NCBI RefSeq assembly: GCF_001194135.2
Contig: NC_068984.1
Span: 22,585,849-22,649,663 of the forward strand
Source of the DNA: Octopus bimaculoides
Lineage: Eukaryota
Direction of reading: 5' to 3'
DNA: 63,815 nt
Shown here: in pieces, positions 49,954 to 63,773 of the stretch
How positions within the stretch are numbered: the stretch's first letter is position 1
Layout: every line of letters begins with the position of its first letter
Notes under the pieces: model-generated
Database searches by the model: none
What the model was told of the DNA's origin: nothing
What the model saw: the letters and a program-made list of their open reading frames with translations, nothing else
Program-made: the position numbers and the translations under genes

Positions 49954-50807
49954 ACACACACACACACACATATTTATAAGTTCTTACATTTATATACAAT
50001 TTCTGCGACTCCACACTCTGTCTTTATCCTTTCAACATTTCTCTCAGGCGTTACCCACTACAATTCGTCTTGACCTAACGGCCCTTAATGTTTGTCTTCG
50101 TCGACTGTTCAACACTGTACGTCCACTCTGTTGTTGCTTGTTCGTTCGAAGTTACGTATTTTTCACTCATTATTTATTTATATATTTACTTATTTAAAAT
50201 TGAACGCCACGCAGCCTTGTCCACAGTAAGTTCATTTGTTGTGTGTGCGTATGTTTGTGTGTGTGTGTGGGTGGGTTTGTGTGTATACTTTTATGAATTT
50301 GTGTTGCAAGTCTCCTGATGTAAAATCGCAGGATGAAATAAGTGAGCAAGAGTACACACGAAGAAGGAAAGTGTCTCTGAATAGGACACAGATGTGTGAC
50401 GAAATATTTCCTGACAATGGACATGAGATAGAATACGAACAGTAATAAACGGGTGAAAAACAAATATATGGTGCGTGTGTTTATTTGGTAAGAAAAAACG
50501 ACCATCCCGAAATACAACAATATATATATATATATATATANNNNNNNNNNNNNNNNNNNNNNNNNNNNNNNNNNNNNNNNNNNNNNNNNNNNNNNNNNNN
50601 NNNNNNNNNNNNNNNNNNNNNCAAATACAATTATACGTGCACGCACATACAATGTATTATACACTTGTATGCATACATATATACATATGTATATAATTTC
50701 ATAATTAGATATGGGTGCGCGTACATATACATATATACGTAGCAACATATATATACATATATGTATATAAATATACATATACATATATATATGTGTGAAT
50801 GTGTGTG

Positions 50808-50875
<68 letters not shown>

Positions 50876-51544
50876 TAGGTAAGTATGAACATATAAGTAT
50901 CTATAATATATCTATATACACATACATACATATATACATGTTTGCGTAATGTACATTTGCACGCACTTGCATGTTTCTGCAAACCATAATTCGTGTATGT
51001 GTAAATATATGAGTCACAAGCATAAATATTTATTTTTAAAATATCTAAAGCGCATTAGAATATGAAACTAGTATTTTTCCTCCCAAATTAAGTGTAAAAC
51101 TAAAAGTAATATATTGATAAAATTAAATCACGAGAGAAAATAAAAAGTTGCCAGAGCTTTGCAGAGTCTGTCAATTTAAGGAATAAATAAAATGGAAATA
51201 TTGGAATATATATTTAATGGATTCCTCAAGTATTAAAAGACAGAATATTGAATGACGTACATTTCTTAACGATATCGAATAATAAATTGGAACTTTTTCG
51301 ACATCGATCCGAAAACTTATTTACTATATTAGAATTATTAATACAGAATTATTAACGTGCATGAATTTTACTTTGTTGTTTCATATGTGAAGGCGTTTGA
51401 GCGCGTTTGTGTCTGCGCGCGCGCGTGTATGTGTGTATGTGTATGTTTGCATGTATGTGTATGTTTGCATGTATGTGTATGTTTGCATGTATGTGTATGT
51501 AGTTCTGTACATCTCAGAAAGCAAATTATACCAACACATAGACG

Positions 51545-51725
51545 TCCGTAGCTGCGCAGTATAGGATTGAGGAAGACGACTATCATTCTATGACCGCCTG
51601 TTTGTAGGGTCAAAGCTGAAGACTTCAAGTGCAATCTTGTACCTTTCTCCATTGCCTCTCTTGGCCTATTACCAGTGGACTTGTGAAGACATTGTGGTTG
51701 TGTCGGTCCTGGTGTCTTGGTCTGC
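51545..51725 (-). mobile_element. RTE-clade LINE 3' remnant
   Basis: Minus strand tccactggtaataggccaagagaggcaatggagaaaggtacaag reads STGNRPR..KRYK with a frameshift, resembling the RTE C-terminal G.RPRGR.RKRYKD motif. Confidence 0.4.
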
Positions 51726-51803
51726 TGAACACAACCTGCACGATGAATAACATTATAGTGGACATCGTCCTTAAAACTTGTACTGGCCGAGTTCATATTT
51801 ATT

Positions 51804-51891
<88 letters not shown>

Positions 51892-52750
51892 TTAAGCAGG
51901 TATAGATAGCAAAAGCTCTTTACTGAATTGAAAAATACAGTGTATTATATACGAAACACGATATAATATAAAATTCTTACTAAATTATACTGAATTATAT
52001 TATATATTCCTTGAATACCAATGCAGTCATTTTTTTGTGTTTGCAGCGTTTTCGTGCAGTTTTATGTTGGTATTTTCGTTCTTTTTTAAGAGTACTATGA
52101 AATGATAACACATACTGAATAAGCTGTTCCTCAAAATTTCTTATAAAATGCAAATATCATTTATTTTGTACTCGCGATTCTTCACTATACTATCTTCTTT
52201 TTACTGTTTAATGGCTTTCGAAACGGAGAAACTATTTCAACTCTAGTTGAAACTGGATTCTAAATTTACATAACGTATTGTACTGTAATTTTTCTGACGT
52301 ATCATTCTAGAATGCTAACATTACACACATATGTTTATCTCTTCAACATTGAAAAGATTAATTTATTTTATTTTTTCCCCCATATTTTGTATTAAAGTCA
52401 AATGCGTCCAAACAAAATATGATATAGTTTTTGTTAAAAAAATATTCACACCATTACGTCAAAACCTCCATCCCACTTCTTGTTAGTTCATATTACATCT
52501 TTCTGTCCATCCACACAATGCTAAAATTTTAGGGAAGTATAACTTACTGGAAATTAAAAACTACCAAATGAAATACCCCTGGGAATAACAGCAAGGGGCC
52601 ACAAAACAAATACCGAGTCGACCACACATCTATATACATTCTGTTTAAGACCTACCACTGAAAAATTCTGGAAACAAGTGTGCAGCAGGTAACCGCCAAA
52701 CCTTGTTATTTAACTCAAAACCTGCCACTTCTTGTTAGTCTTTATATCTA

Positions 52751-53143
52751 TTTTATCTTTTAATTGTTTCAGTTATTGGACAGCAGCCATGCTTGGGTAC
52801 TGCCTTCAAGCGTTTAGTCGAATACAACGACCCTAGTACTTATTTATTAAAGCTTGCTTCTTATTCTTGTGCAGAACCGCAAAGTTAGGGAGACGCAAAC
52901 AAGGCAACAACGGTTTTCAACAGATTGGGTGGGGGTCAAACACAAGCTCACACACACAAACACACGCAGACGCACACACATTATGTGTGTGTGTGACGGG
53001 CTGCTTTCAGTTTCCATCTACGAAATCCACTCACACGGCTTTGGTCGGCTTATGGTTATAGTAGAAGGCACTCGCCCAAAGTACCAAGCAATGAGACTGA
53101 AACCGAAAAAATCTGGTTGAAAAGCAAATTTCCTGCACACAGC
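52751..53143 (-). mobile_element. SINE with internal (CA/TG) microsatellite (second common family)
   Basis: The reverse complement has head ..ttgggcgagtgccttctactataacc..gagtggatttcgtagatggaaactgaaag, a central TG repeat and tail gaaggcagtacccaagcatggctgctgtccaataactgaaacaattaaaag. Tail remnants of the same family occur near 1650, 13005 and 58150. Confidence 0.8.
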
Positions 53144-54104
53144 TAAGCATTCATACTTGGTGTTTGTTACTAGGAAATCTACGCATGGACTTCTCAACAA
53201 CTAGAAGTAAGGATAAATTACATATATAATGAACTCTAATAGACGATTAACTGCTGATAGCGTTTATCGAGAAGTATTATAATCAAAGATTAAGTAAATC
53301 GTTTCTCAAAGATTTATTCACAAAACAATGCACCAATGCACACATATGTTTGTAATCAGATAGAAAGTTAGAGCCGATGGGAGATGAATGACGTCAAGGA
53401 CGATATATAATTACTGGTGTAATTTATGAAACCAAACATCAACGAACATTTCATATACATACATATATGTATATATACGTGCTTATGTGTGTGAGTGTTT
53501 GTAAGTGCGTGAGTAAGTGAGTATATATATATATATATATATATATNNNNNNNNNNNNNNNNNNNNNNNNNNNNNNNNNNNNNNNNNNNNNNNNNNNNNN
53601 NNNNNNNNNNNNNNNNNNNNNNNNNNNNNNNNNNNNNNNNNNNNNNNNNNNNNNNNNNNNNNNNNNNNNNNNNNNNNNNNNNNNNNNNNNNNNNNNNNNN
53701 NNNNNNNNNNNNNNNNNNNNNNNNNNNNNNNNNNNNNNNNNNNNNNNNATATATATATATATATATACGGGACAGAGAGAGATAGAGATAGAGAGGGCTA
53801 CAGAGAGAGGGGGAGAGAGATAGCGGTAGAGAGAGAGAGAGGAGATTGTGGTTTCACACTGCTATGAACTGCAATTAAGTGAAAAAATACTGAAAGCCGT
53901 TGTTCGGTGGAGTGGAATAACAGTATATTTTCAAAATTGAATCTACGTCAGAACCAGGAACGAGAAACCTCGAGTAGCTTCTCATGCAGAATCAGCTTTT
54001 CATAATGAATAACAAGAACAAGATCAACAACGACAAGGACAACAGCAAAAAAAAAACAAAAAAAAAACATCAACAACAACCACAACAACGACAATAATAA
54101 TAAC

Positions 54105-55310
54105 TCGTTTCTACATCTCCCATTCTGCTAAATGACAACAATATTGTCGAAGAATGAGACCAAGATGGAATATAGAAATGCCTGGGAATAAATAAAGAGA
54201 ATGGGATCCAACAAAGTGCTATGAGGGAATAAATCATGAAAAAGTATTATACAAGGGTAGGTTTGATTATAAAAATGGAACTAAATTCCCAGAATAAGAT
54301 TCAAGCTATTAATTCACTAGCTGTCCCAGTGGTTTAAATGAACTCCAACGAATGAAGACGAAAACGAGAACACTCATGAGGGCAAACAAGATGCATTATC
54401 TAAAAACCGATATTCATAGAATCTACGTTCCTCGAAAAGAGGTTGGAGAGGTCTTATCCATCTAGAATTATCGTACAAGACCAATGCAATAGGACTTAAT
54501 TCATACATCCAGAATAAATACGACTGGATGACACAGCTAGTAAATCGAAACGAAGGGGACAAGCTACATTCTGCCATTAAAGAGGCATAGAAGTATAAAA
54601 GAGAAGTAAAGTTAGGTGTAAATTTTAATGCCAAAGCTGCAATACGAAAAGAAGCAGCAAAACACGACGAACAAAAACTTAGAAAGAAGGCCCGAGAAAG
54701 CTTATAGATAAATAGCAAGAGAACCCTCTCCATTGTCAGTATGCCAAACGAACGAGTGAAGCAGCTATAGATAAATTAACAACACATGAGTGGTTGCACT
54801 GTTCAGGTCTAAAGCAAAAACTGGTGCTTTTATAATGGCGGCTCAGGATTAATCGCTACTCGAAACAAACTACCGAGCAAACGTTCTCCACAATGGTGCT
54901 CACCCAAACTGTAATCTATGCGACAATACTATTGAAACCATCGACCACATTGTGGCTGGCTGCTCTAAACTCTCAATGACCAAGTATAAAACCTGACATG
55001 ACTGAATAGGGAAGTACATTGGAAAATTTGTTGTCATTATGACATAGCCCATCCGAAGATCAGTATGAATACCACTAGAAACCAATTACAGATGGTATTT
55101 AAGTTACTATTCTGTGGGACTTTACCATCCATACTGACATACAAATAAATGCCAATAGTCCATATACTATTGTCAAAGAGCATGGACAAAATACCTGCTT
55201 TCTAATAGACATGACAGTAACAGATGTTCGAAATAGCTCAGTCGCTGTAGCTAAATACAAGGACTTAGAGATAGAAATCAGGAAAATGGGGAACCGAAAA
55301 AAAAAATAAT
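54105..55310 (+). mobile_element. R4/Dong-clade retrotransposon (second family), degraded RT-thumb-CCHC-RLE
   Basis: KCLGI..ELNSQNKIQAINSLAVPVV..TDIHRIYVPRK.GRGL..HEWLHCSGLK..MAAQD..CNLCDNTIETIDHIVAGCSKL..VTILWDFTIHTD..CFLIDMTV..AKYKDLEIEI. Starts after a CAA/AAT tract. Confidence 0.85.
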
Positions 55311-55329
55311 AATATTTGCTTGTCACTTG

Positions 55330-55799
55330 TTTGACCTTAAACACTTGAGCAGTGGCTGACGATATGTGCATCTCTGATGACGATCAGAAGTAGTGGGGGA
55401 GCATCATTGCCATGTGTTGAGAGGAATCATTTGGATCATTCACCTTTGGAAGCATGGGTGTTTCGTTCAACATCCTTAAACAACCCTTATTCAGGGACCT
55501 ATTGAGTGGGATAGGCTACTCAACCTGAAAAAAATTCTAACTGGGCCCCACCAGGTCGCACACATATGGTTGTGATGCATGTGCCAGGTGTACCCTTATC
55601 AGACGGATAATCATGATGGGTATACTGAACTTCGTATATTTTACGCCGGTGTCTCTTTGATGGCATGCACTGCTCTCTCACTCAATAATAATAATAATAG
55701 TAGTCATGATGGTTATATTGGGCTTTGTATATTTTACCCCAGTGTCACTTTGATGGCATGCACTGCTCTCTCACTCAATAATAATAATAATAATAATAA
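55330..55799 (+). mobile_element. Unclassified retroposon 3' region ending in (AAT)n, followed by a second ~100-bp 5'-truncated copy of the same tail
   Basis: catgatgg.tata.tg..ctt.gtatattttac.cc.gtgtc.ctttgatggcatgcactgctctctcactc(aat)n occurs at ~55605-55698 and 55700-55799. Confidence 0.7.
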
Positions 55800-56327
55800 A
55801 CGACTCCAAATATCACATTGTCAAAATCACTGACTCGCCACAGTGTAGGATGTGCTCTAAGAAGGGAGACAGTATAAGCCATATTGTTAGTGAGTGCTGT
55901 ACGTTCGCACAATGCAAATACAAAAGGAGACACGACAATGTAGCCAGACATGTCCACTGTCTGTTGTGTGGTAAAGTAACCCTCGAGAGAGCTGAACAAT
56001 GGTATGAACACAAGCCAGAGGGAATAACGGAAAACAAACATTACAAAATACTCTGGGATTTTAACATGCACTGCGACCAAGTCAGAGAGGCAAGACGGTC
56101 AGATGTCGTGATCATCCATAGAGATGAAAAAGAAGCAAAGATAATAGATGTTGCTATACCAGGCAATTCGAGGGTGAACTGTAAGGAAACAGGTAAGAGT
56201 GAGAAATACCAGCCATTGCGGGACGAACAGAAAAGTTATGAGGCATGAGGTAAATAATGGTGATACCGGTGGTAATTGGAGCATTAGGAGAGGTTTCCAA
56301 GAGCTTTGAAAAACATATTAAGAATAT
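55800..56327 (+). mobile_element. 5'- and 3'-truncated R4/Dong element (same family as 961-1533)
   Basis: SPQCRMCSKKGDSISHIVSEC (CCHC)..KRRHDNVARHVH..KILWDFNMHCDQVREARRSDVVII..KIIDVAIPGNSRV..EKYQPLR. Nucleotide-colinear with the reverse complement of ~1140-1533; starts right after (AAT)8. Confidence 0.9.
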
Positions 56328-57495
56328 CTATTTACAAGCTTTTTAATCCCATCAATATAATACTCTTTTGGTTTCAAAGCGAAGAACTCTGAAATGTCAG
56401 TTTCGACCTCCTCCTGGCTTGCGAAAGTTATGTCCCCCAAATGATTCTGTAAACTACGAAACAAATGGTAGTCTGAAGGAGCAAGGTCGGGAGGATAAGG
56501 TGGATGAGGAATTTTTTCCCAACCAAGCTCTTCGATCTTCTTTGATGTGATCTTTGCAGTATGGGGTCGCGCATTGTCCTGATGAAACAGCACTCCTTTA
56601 CGATTCACTGAAGTGAGTCTTTTTTTCATCAAAGCTTGGTTCAAACGCTGTAATTGCTGACAGTAGACTTGAGCATTGATTGTTGCATTAGGTGGTAACA
56701 ATTCAAAATGAATTACTCCTTTGCAATCCCATCAGATAGAGAGAAGAAACATTTTCCCATGAAGTTCCCTTTTCGGTTGTGGTTGAGCTTTTTCCCTTTT
56801 AAAAAGCCACTGTTTACGACGTTTAACATTTCGACACAAGAACCCATTTTTCGTCACCAGTCATTAGTCTATCCAAAAAGGGTGAAATGAGCTCACGAGA
56901 ATGGAGAGAAGAGCAGATGTCAACTCAGGATTTGCGGTTGCTTTCCGACAATTCATGAGGCACCCATTTTCCAAGTTTAGGAACCTTTTCAAGTTGTTGA
57001 AGATGACGATGAACAGTTGTATGGTTTGAACTAAGTTTTATTGCCAAATCTTCAACTGATAATGCAGGATTTTCTTCAATTAATGTCTCAAGGAGCTTAT
57101 CTTCAAATTCAACTGGACGTCCTGTTCGATCTTCATCTTCAAGGCTGAAATCTCCACTTCTGAATTTTGCAAACCATCTTCTGCAAGTTCTTTCTTTCAA
57201 GCATTCTTTCCCATAAACTGAGTGTATGTTTCGAGTCGCTTTGGCTGCAGAGTTTCCTTTTTTGTACTCATAAAGCATTATGTGCCTCAAATACTCTTTG
57301 GATACTTCCATGTTAGAAAGGATTTTAATCAAATATATTTTAATTGTATTATTCTATAAAATAATATTTAATTAGTTTACATGTACACAAACGCATAAAA
57401 ATAATTTTAAATTCCATTAGACATTCTAAAATACTATTAAATTTCATTCAATTTTAAAAAAGGTAAGATCGGACAGGACTTATGGGATGACCTGA
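56326..57495 (-). mobile_element. mariner (DD34D) transposon, frameshifted, lacking 3' end and right TIR
   Basis: MEVSKEYLRHIMLYEYKKG..RRWFAKFRSGDFSLED..GRP..WVPHEL; TGDEKW; HQDNA-x-YPPDLAPSDY with 34 residues between the last two Asp. 5' TIR tcaggtcatcccataagtcctgtccg ends at 57495. Confidence 0.93.
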
Positions 57496-57971
57496 TGTAA
57501 TAAATTCATAGTGTCAAACACGTTAAATCCGACCTTGATGAAACATGTTTGTGTAAGATTTTATACGCATGCTGCGAAAAGACTTAATTGGAAGAAGATA
57601 TCCATTTAATATTTACATGTATTGTATGCATTTCGTTCTTCGTAAAATACGTTGTATGATTCAAATATCTTCTATTTGTCTTCCGGCACATAAACATACG
57701 AGTTGAAATAATTTACATGGTACAAGAAACACGAAGATGTTCCACTCAATATCATATATGTTTCGTTTAATATATAAGCCTTAAGGTGTTTTAATACCGT
57801 TTATCTACAATAAAATATATTTATTCATGCACACACACACACACACACACACATCAAGAGAGGGGGCGTGATGGATAGAGGGAGCGGGACATAAAGCGAA
57901 AATTAAAGAGATAATTTTTATATGTAATTACATGTATGTATTTATGCATGTGTAAATATATACGTGCATAA

Positions 57972-58078
<107 letters not shown>

Positions 58079-58959
58079 AACATCGGAGCCATGAGTATGA
58101 AATGCAAATTATATGGGAAATAAGTCTGATTAAAATTTTTTTCAAAGCGGTGCACCAGCGTGGCTGTAGTCTAATGCCTGAAACAAGTAAAAGATAAAAG
58201 GTAAATCATAAGACCATTACAATGTAACGTGGTTAATGCATACAAACAAACAGATTTTTAATTTGTGTATAATATGTGTTTACGTGCATCAGTGTGTGAG
58301 TACAAATGAGCGTGTGTATGAGTGTATATTTATGTATATATGAATATATATTATTACATACACGCATATGTATACATCCCTACGAACAAACCTTTATACA
58401 TATGTATGTGTCTACGCATTTGGAAAAAATTTTCCTTGGTGTTTCAATTTAAACTTTCGGCCATAAAATTACTATTATGACTGTCCTTCAATCAACACCA
58501 TCATTACGTCATTCATGAAGTATTGAATTTAGAATCTTATACGCATACACACACAGACAGATACACAGTCAGGTACAAAATGTCATATCGTTCTCGTCGT
58601 GCTTTAATATGTCCTGTTGACAATATAAAGATTATCTCTATTGAATGTTATGTTGTTTTAATCGAAATGAAAATAAAATTTCGTATTGACACCGACCAGC
58701 CCTCATATAGATGTAGTATGTTTAATAACGTACCTAACGCGGAAAGACACACTGTGAAATATATACGAACTCGTACACTCACAGACATACATTCACAGAC
58801 AGATACACATTTATGTGCAAAATGTGACGTCTTCGTCGTCATGCTTAGGATGAAAAGTAAAAGTATAAAACTGAAACAATATATCACATTACAATATAGA
58901 TCTTATTCTTTCACTAGTATTCTTTGGCGTTTGACACATAATACCGAACCAGTGCCAAT

Positions 58960-59110
58960 GTGTTAATTCAAATGGCAAAAAAAGTTACATGTTGACACTC
59001 ACGAGGATTGATATTATCACCATGTAAAATTTCATTTGATTCGGTTGAACCGTTCGAGAATGCATTGGAAACAGACTTACGAAGAAGCAGGGGATTATAT
59101 ATATATATAT
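58960..59110 (-). mobile_element. Helitron-like 5' region (start hidden in (TA)n and gap)
   Basis: Reverse complement tatataatcccctgc..gaacggttcaaccgaatcaaatgaaattttacatggtgata resembles the post-microsatellite block of non-autonomous Helitrons, including the one at 9492. Confidence 0.4.
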
Positions 59111-62100
59111 NNNNNNNNNNNNNNNNNNNNNNNNNNNNNNNNNNNNNNNNNNNNNNNNNNNNNNNNNNNNNNNNNNNNNNNNNNNNNNNNNNNNNNNNNN
59201 NNNNNNNNNNNNNNNNNNNNNNNNNNNNNNNNNNNNNNNNNNNNNNNNNNNNNNNNNNNNNNNNNNNNNNNNNNNNNNNNNNNNNNNNNNNNNNNNNNNN
59301 NNNNNNNNNNNNNNNNNNNNNNNNNNNNNNNNNNNNNNNNNNNNNNNNNNNNNNNNNNNNNNNNNNNNNNNNNNNNNNNNNNNNNNNNNNNNNNNNNNNN
59401 NNNNNNNNNNNNNNNNNNNNNNNNNNNNNNNNNNNNNNNNNNNNNNNNNNNNNNNNNNNNNNNNNNNNNNNNNNNNNNNNNNNNNNNNNNNNNNNNNNNN
59501 NNNNNNNNNNNNNNNNNNNNNNNNNNNNNNNNNNNNNNNNNNNNNNNNNNNNNNNNNNNNNNNNNNNNNNNNNNNNNNNNNNNNNNNNNNNNNNNNNNAT
59601 ATATATATATATATATAGATACACGTGTGTATATACATTTGTATGCCTATACTTACTGGAAAATAAAAGCTATTTGTACGTACGACCGACTATCGTACCT
59701 CACATATACGATTTTGTACTTGACAATTGTGCGACAAATGTTAGGAGGGTTTTACTTGTGATGCCATATGCTATGTAATATTTAGTACCTTAATCAATCA
59801 CTAACAACATCGTATCAGTAGATTTTTTCTGACCACTCGTGTTATAATATTCCTTTCATAGAATAGTGTGTTGATGTAATTCGTGATGCTGTGCATAAAT
59901 TATGTTGTGTGTGAACTATTTATACTTTTCACTCATTGCTACGTGTCCATGCAGTGATGACAGTTCTGGCAGTGACTTATTATTTACGGTTTTCACCTTA
60001 GTCTTCTCGCATATTTTTTGCTATTTCTCCAAGTGAAAAATCTACTGGTTTGTTCATATTTACGGAGCATGTTTTGGTGACGGATATTTTTTTCTAAGTA
60101 AAGCAGTGTATTTCTTCGCCCTAAATGGAATTTATTGGTTATTACATCGCTCGAGCTATTTATGCTTTTTATGAAACCAATCTCAAGAACTTGATTCAGT
60201 TCGAATGTTTAGTGGGAATTCTCTTTGTAGCTTCACGACCTGTGACAGCTGCTTCCGGATTCCTTTCTGTATCATGATCTATGTAATTGTAATCTGTGTT
60301 ATTTATTCAGTTGCTGAGCTGGCTCACTGTCACCATTTCCAACATGGTGCTTGTTTCCATTTGTTTGAAAAACATAAACAATCTTTTTCTTAAATTTTAT
60401 TTTGACATTGCTTGAATGCAATGTTTTAGGGAACAGTATTCATAATACGAAAGAATAGTGTTACCCTCTAATTCCTGCTTAACAATACTTGACATCACAT
60501 GTACGAACGTCTGCATGCATGTAAGTGCCATATCTACGCTATCATATTGCTTTTATAATCAACTGCTCACATTGATGAAGAATATTACTTTTAAATACAT
60601 ACATGTTCTTTTTATTTACCACCAGCTTGATCAAATACTTACATGCATGGTATGTATGTATGTATGTATGTATGTATGTATGTATGCATGTATGTATGTA
60701 TTATGTATGTATGTATGTATGTATGCATACATGTATGTATGTATGTATGTATGTATCATGTATGTATGACCGTACATATGTATTTGCTATTGCAGTATAG
60801 ATATCTGAAACAATTTCGGCGTGTAAGTCATCGGTACAGCTTTTATTCATTTATTCTTATTTGCTGCGTGATTTCATTTCATTCAATAATTGAATTGGAT
60901 TTCAGGCCTTAGAAAATACACTGTGATAGAGTATGTCTTTAATCGCATACAACATAAAAACACATCTCTTATGATAACCAAACATATGATAGCCATATTT
61001 TCAGAACTAGTATTCATTAATCGAAACGAATACACAGAGGAAAGTATTGATACGAAGAACATTCCCTTTATAAAAGTATTTTAAAATTGCCAAGGACGCG
61101 TTTAGATACATTTGATCAGGATCAAGTTGAGGATAAAGTTAGATTTATTCGTGTGTAAAATTCTAAGACGCCTTCAAAGAACGTTATTTATTGTTGCAAA
61201 GAAAAAAAAAAGCTGAAATCTAATTTAGCTGAAAAATGTAAAATTAAAGGCTTTGAAAGAAACAGAAAAGGCCAGAGGACGTTGGGGTTGAAAGCGTTAA
61301 TTAATATTACATTAAGTGTGGTGTAGCGTGATAATCGTCAGAGTTACAAAGAGCAGAACGCATGAAATAACTGCCAATTAGTTTATTTTTGCAATATTCA
61401 TTTTCTGTACAAATTGGTGTTGCAAGAAGCATTTTCTCCTGCAATGAGGTTGAGTTTCAAGTAGTCTCTTTTGATTCAAAATATTTATGATTACTCTGAT
61501 ATCTTTTTCAAATCTTTAATTAGTGTTGTTTCCCTCCAATTTCTCAAAGTTACAAATCAACACATTTTTATGATCAGAAATAGTTTTCTAGCGCAATGCA
61601 GAGGTGTAGAGGTAGCTCCACCTTTAATTCACATTCTCTAGGTGATCATTAGCCAAAGTAGCTGGAGTTCTTGGAAACACACGGTAAGATGTGATACACA
61701 ATATTTGAACGACCATTTTGTAAATACACAGCTATTTTTTACGTATCTTCCTTTTTATTTTTACATGAAAAGCATAAAATTCTCTAATTTATCTTGTAAA
61801 AATGCCAGAAATAATTCCAGGCTCCATATCTATACTATCTTATTCATTTCATAATCATTTGCTCACATTAGTGAAGAATATTTCTATAAAATACATAGAT
61901 TTTATTGTTGGTTTTATTTAACGACAGGTTGGCCAAATAGAGCATAGCTATGAAGAGACTCATTCTAGCTGAGATAACAGGTAGTAGTATATTTAACGTG
62001 TGCTGATTTTCCAGGGCTGAATGTGTTCATCGGTATTTGAATGTTATGTGTGACATATAAAATACCCGTTTATAGGAACACAAAAAGTGAAAAAATATAT

Positions 62101-62411
62101 TTCATGTTACGTAATACATAATCATATGTATCAGTTTCAGTCAAAATATCATTACTTCAAGTAATGCTATTTTAATTCCAATTCTAAACAGAAGAGTGAA
62201 AAACATTCTTAGTCGTTTGCATGCTTGACTCTGAGAGTTGCAACCAGGCATGCGAATGATTAGGAATATTTCTCTTAGATCTGTGAAATTTTACATAATG
62301 CGATTCTGACTGACATACATACGTACGTACGTTCCTACCTACCTACCTATCTACATACGTATGTATGTATGTATCTAGCTAGCTAGCTAGCTAGCTATGC
62401 ATGTATGCATG

Positions 62412-62790
62412 TACGAAGTTCATTCGAGAAGTTTTGATACTTCTTCAGGGGTGACATTTATTTATTTCAAGGAATTACGAAACTCTACTCCTTTAAAATA
62501 GCATCTTCTGACTTTACTTCTCTTGTAGCACTCCAGTCTTTTGGAAGTCCTCTAATTTGAAAGTGTCCAGGACCCTTGTCAACCTCTATCTTCTCAATTC
62601 CATCAAAATGATTGCCCCTCATTTTCTCTCATCAGCTTGGAAACAATCAGACGTGACGGGGAGCAAGTTCTGGACGGTAGGGAGGGTGAGTATCAGTTTC
62701 GACGCCCATCTCTGTGAAATAGTTAGTATGGACTTGATAGAAGCAGTGTTTATCAGGGTGCGTTTAAAGTGCTGTTACAGCCGTTCCCGT
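62412..62790 (-). mobile_element. mariner 3' remnant (different family from 56326)
   Basis: Minus strand THPPYRPELAPRHV*LFPS**EKMRGNHFDGIE is a decayed HPPYSPDLAP.DF.LFP.LK..LRG. TIR-like tacgaagttcattcgagaagttttgatac is at 62412. Confidence 0.65.
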
Positions 62791-62958
62791 CAACCTGGAA
62801 GAAAAAATAAATTGGTCGTTCAGCTTATTAGATGTACAGTAACGATTTATTAAAATTACAATAATCTAAGAAAAGTCATTACTGCTATTCGTAAAAACAT
62901 CACAAACCTTCTGGAATGCACTTTGTATATCTGCATACATGCTAGCTGGCATGCATAC

Positions 62959-63007
<49 letters not shown>

Positions 63008-63773
63008 TGTGTGTGTATACAGGAGCGGCAATAGTAAAATATAAGTATATATCTCCCAAATTCAAGGCCACAGTTTTGCTTCTATGTAGTTGGAATTTTG
63101 CATAGACGCATATTATTTCATGGAGTACATTTCAGGCGAAGTCATTTTTCCTGAAATTTGTTCTTTTAGTTCGATACAGAGAAACTAATAATATCTTATT
63201 GCACTGCAAGCACTGCAATAAATCAAGGAAAAATGTTACTGAATATAGAAATATACATTAATTGTAATTATGTAATGCAGTAAAGTATTTTGGGAAGAAA
63301 CACGTTTTCCTAGAAAGTAAAAAATATATGAGTTTCATTGCAGATTCTGTGTTTTGTATTTTGTATTTTGTATTTTACACGTGTATTTTGGTTTTGTATT
63401 TTCGCTCCTTTCTCATGAAGCTCAGCTTGAACCATTTTTGGAATGCTTGGATACAACATATCTGTGTGAATCAATATGCTTGGACGAGCTGAACATTGAC
63501 AGAGTCTTTTTAAAGTAAATTATCCGAAATGTACTGAATTCTTCTTCTTGTATCTATTTTGGGCATTAATAAACTTGGGCAAGGCCGTAAATAGCCGGTA
63601 GCATATACACACATGTAGATATAGATAGATTCATAAATACATGCAAATATATATATGTATATATATGTGTGTGTGTGTGTTTCTCTGCGTGTTTGTGTGT
63701 GTGCAAATATGCATGTGTATATGTGCATGTATATATATGTATATATACATATCATATATACACATACATACAA

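Noticed and set aside
50311-50445. Acidic peptide SPDVKSQDEISEQEYTRRRK...EIEYEQ as a possible terminal exon
   Set aside because: Weak acceptor, no recognisable homology and no partner exon.
59990-60400. Possible pogo/Tigger transposase remnant (MIQKGIRKQL..SSS*DWFHKKHK, minus)
   Set aside because: Only one short, stop-interrupted motif resembles the CENP-B-type HTH, with no DDE motif or TIRs seen; it needs a tBLASTn to support.
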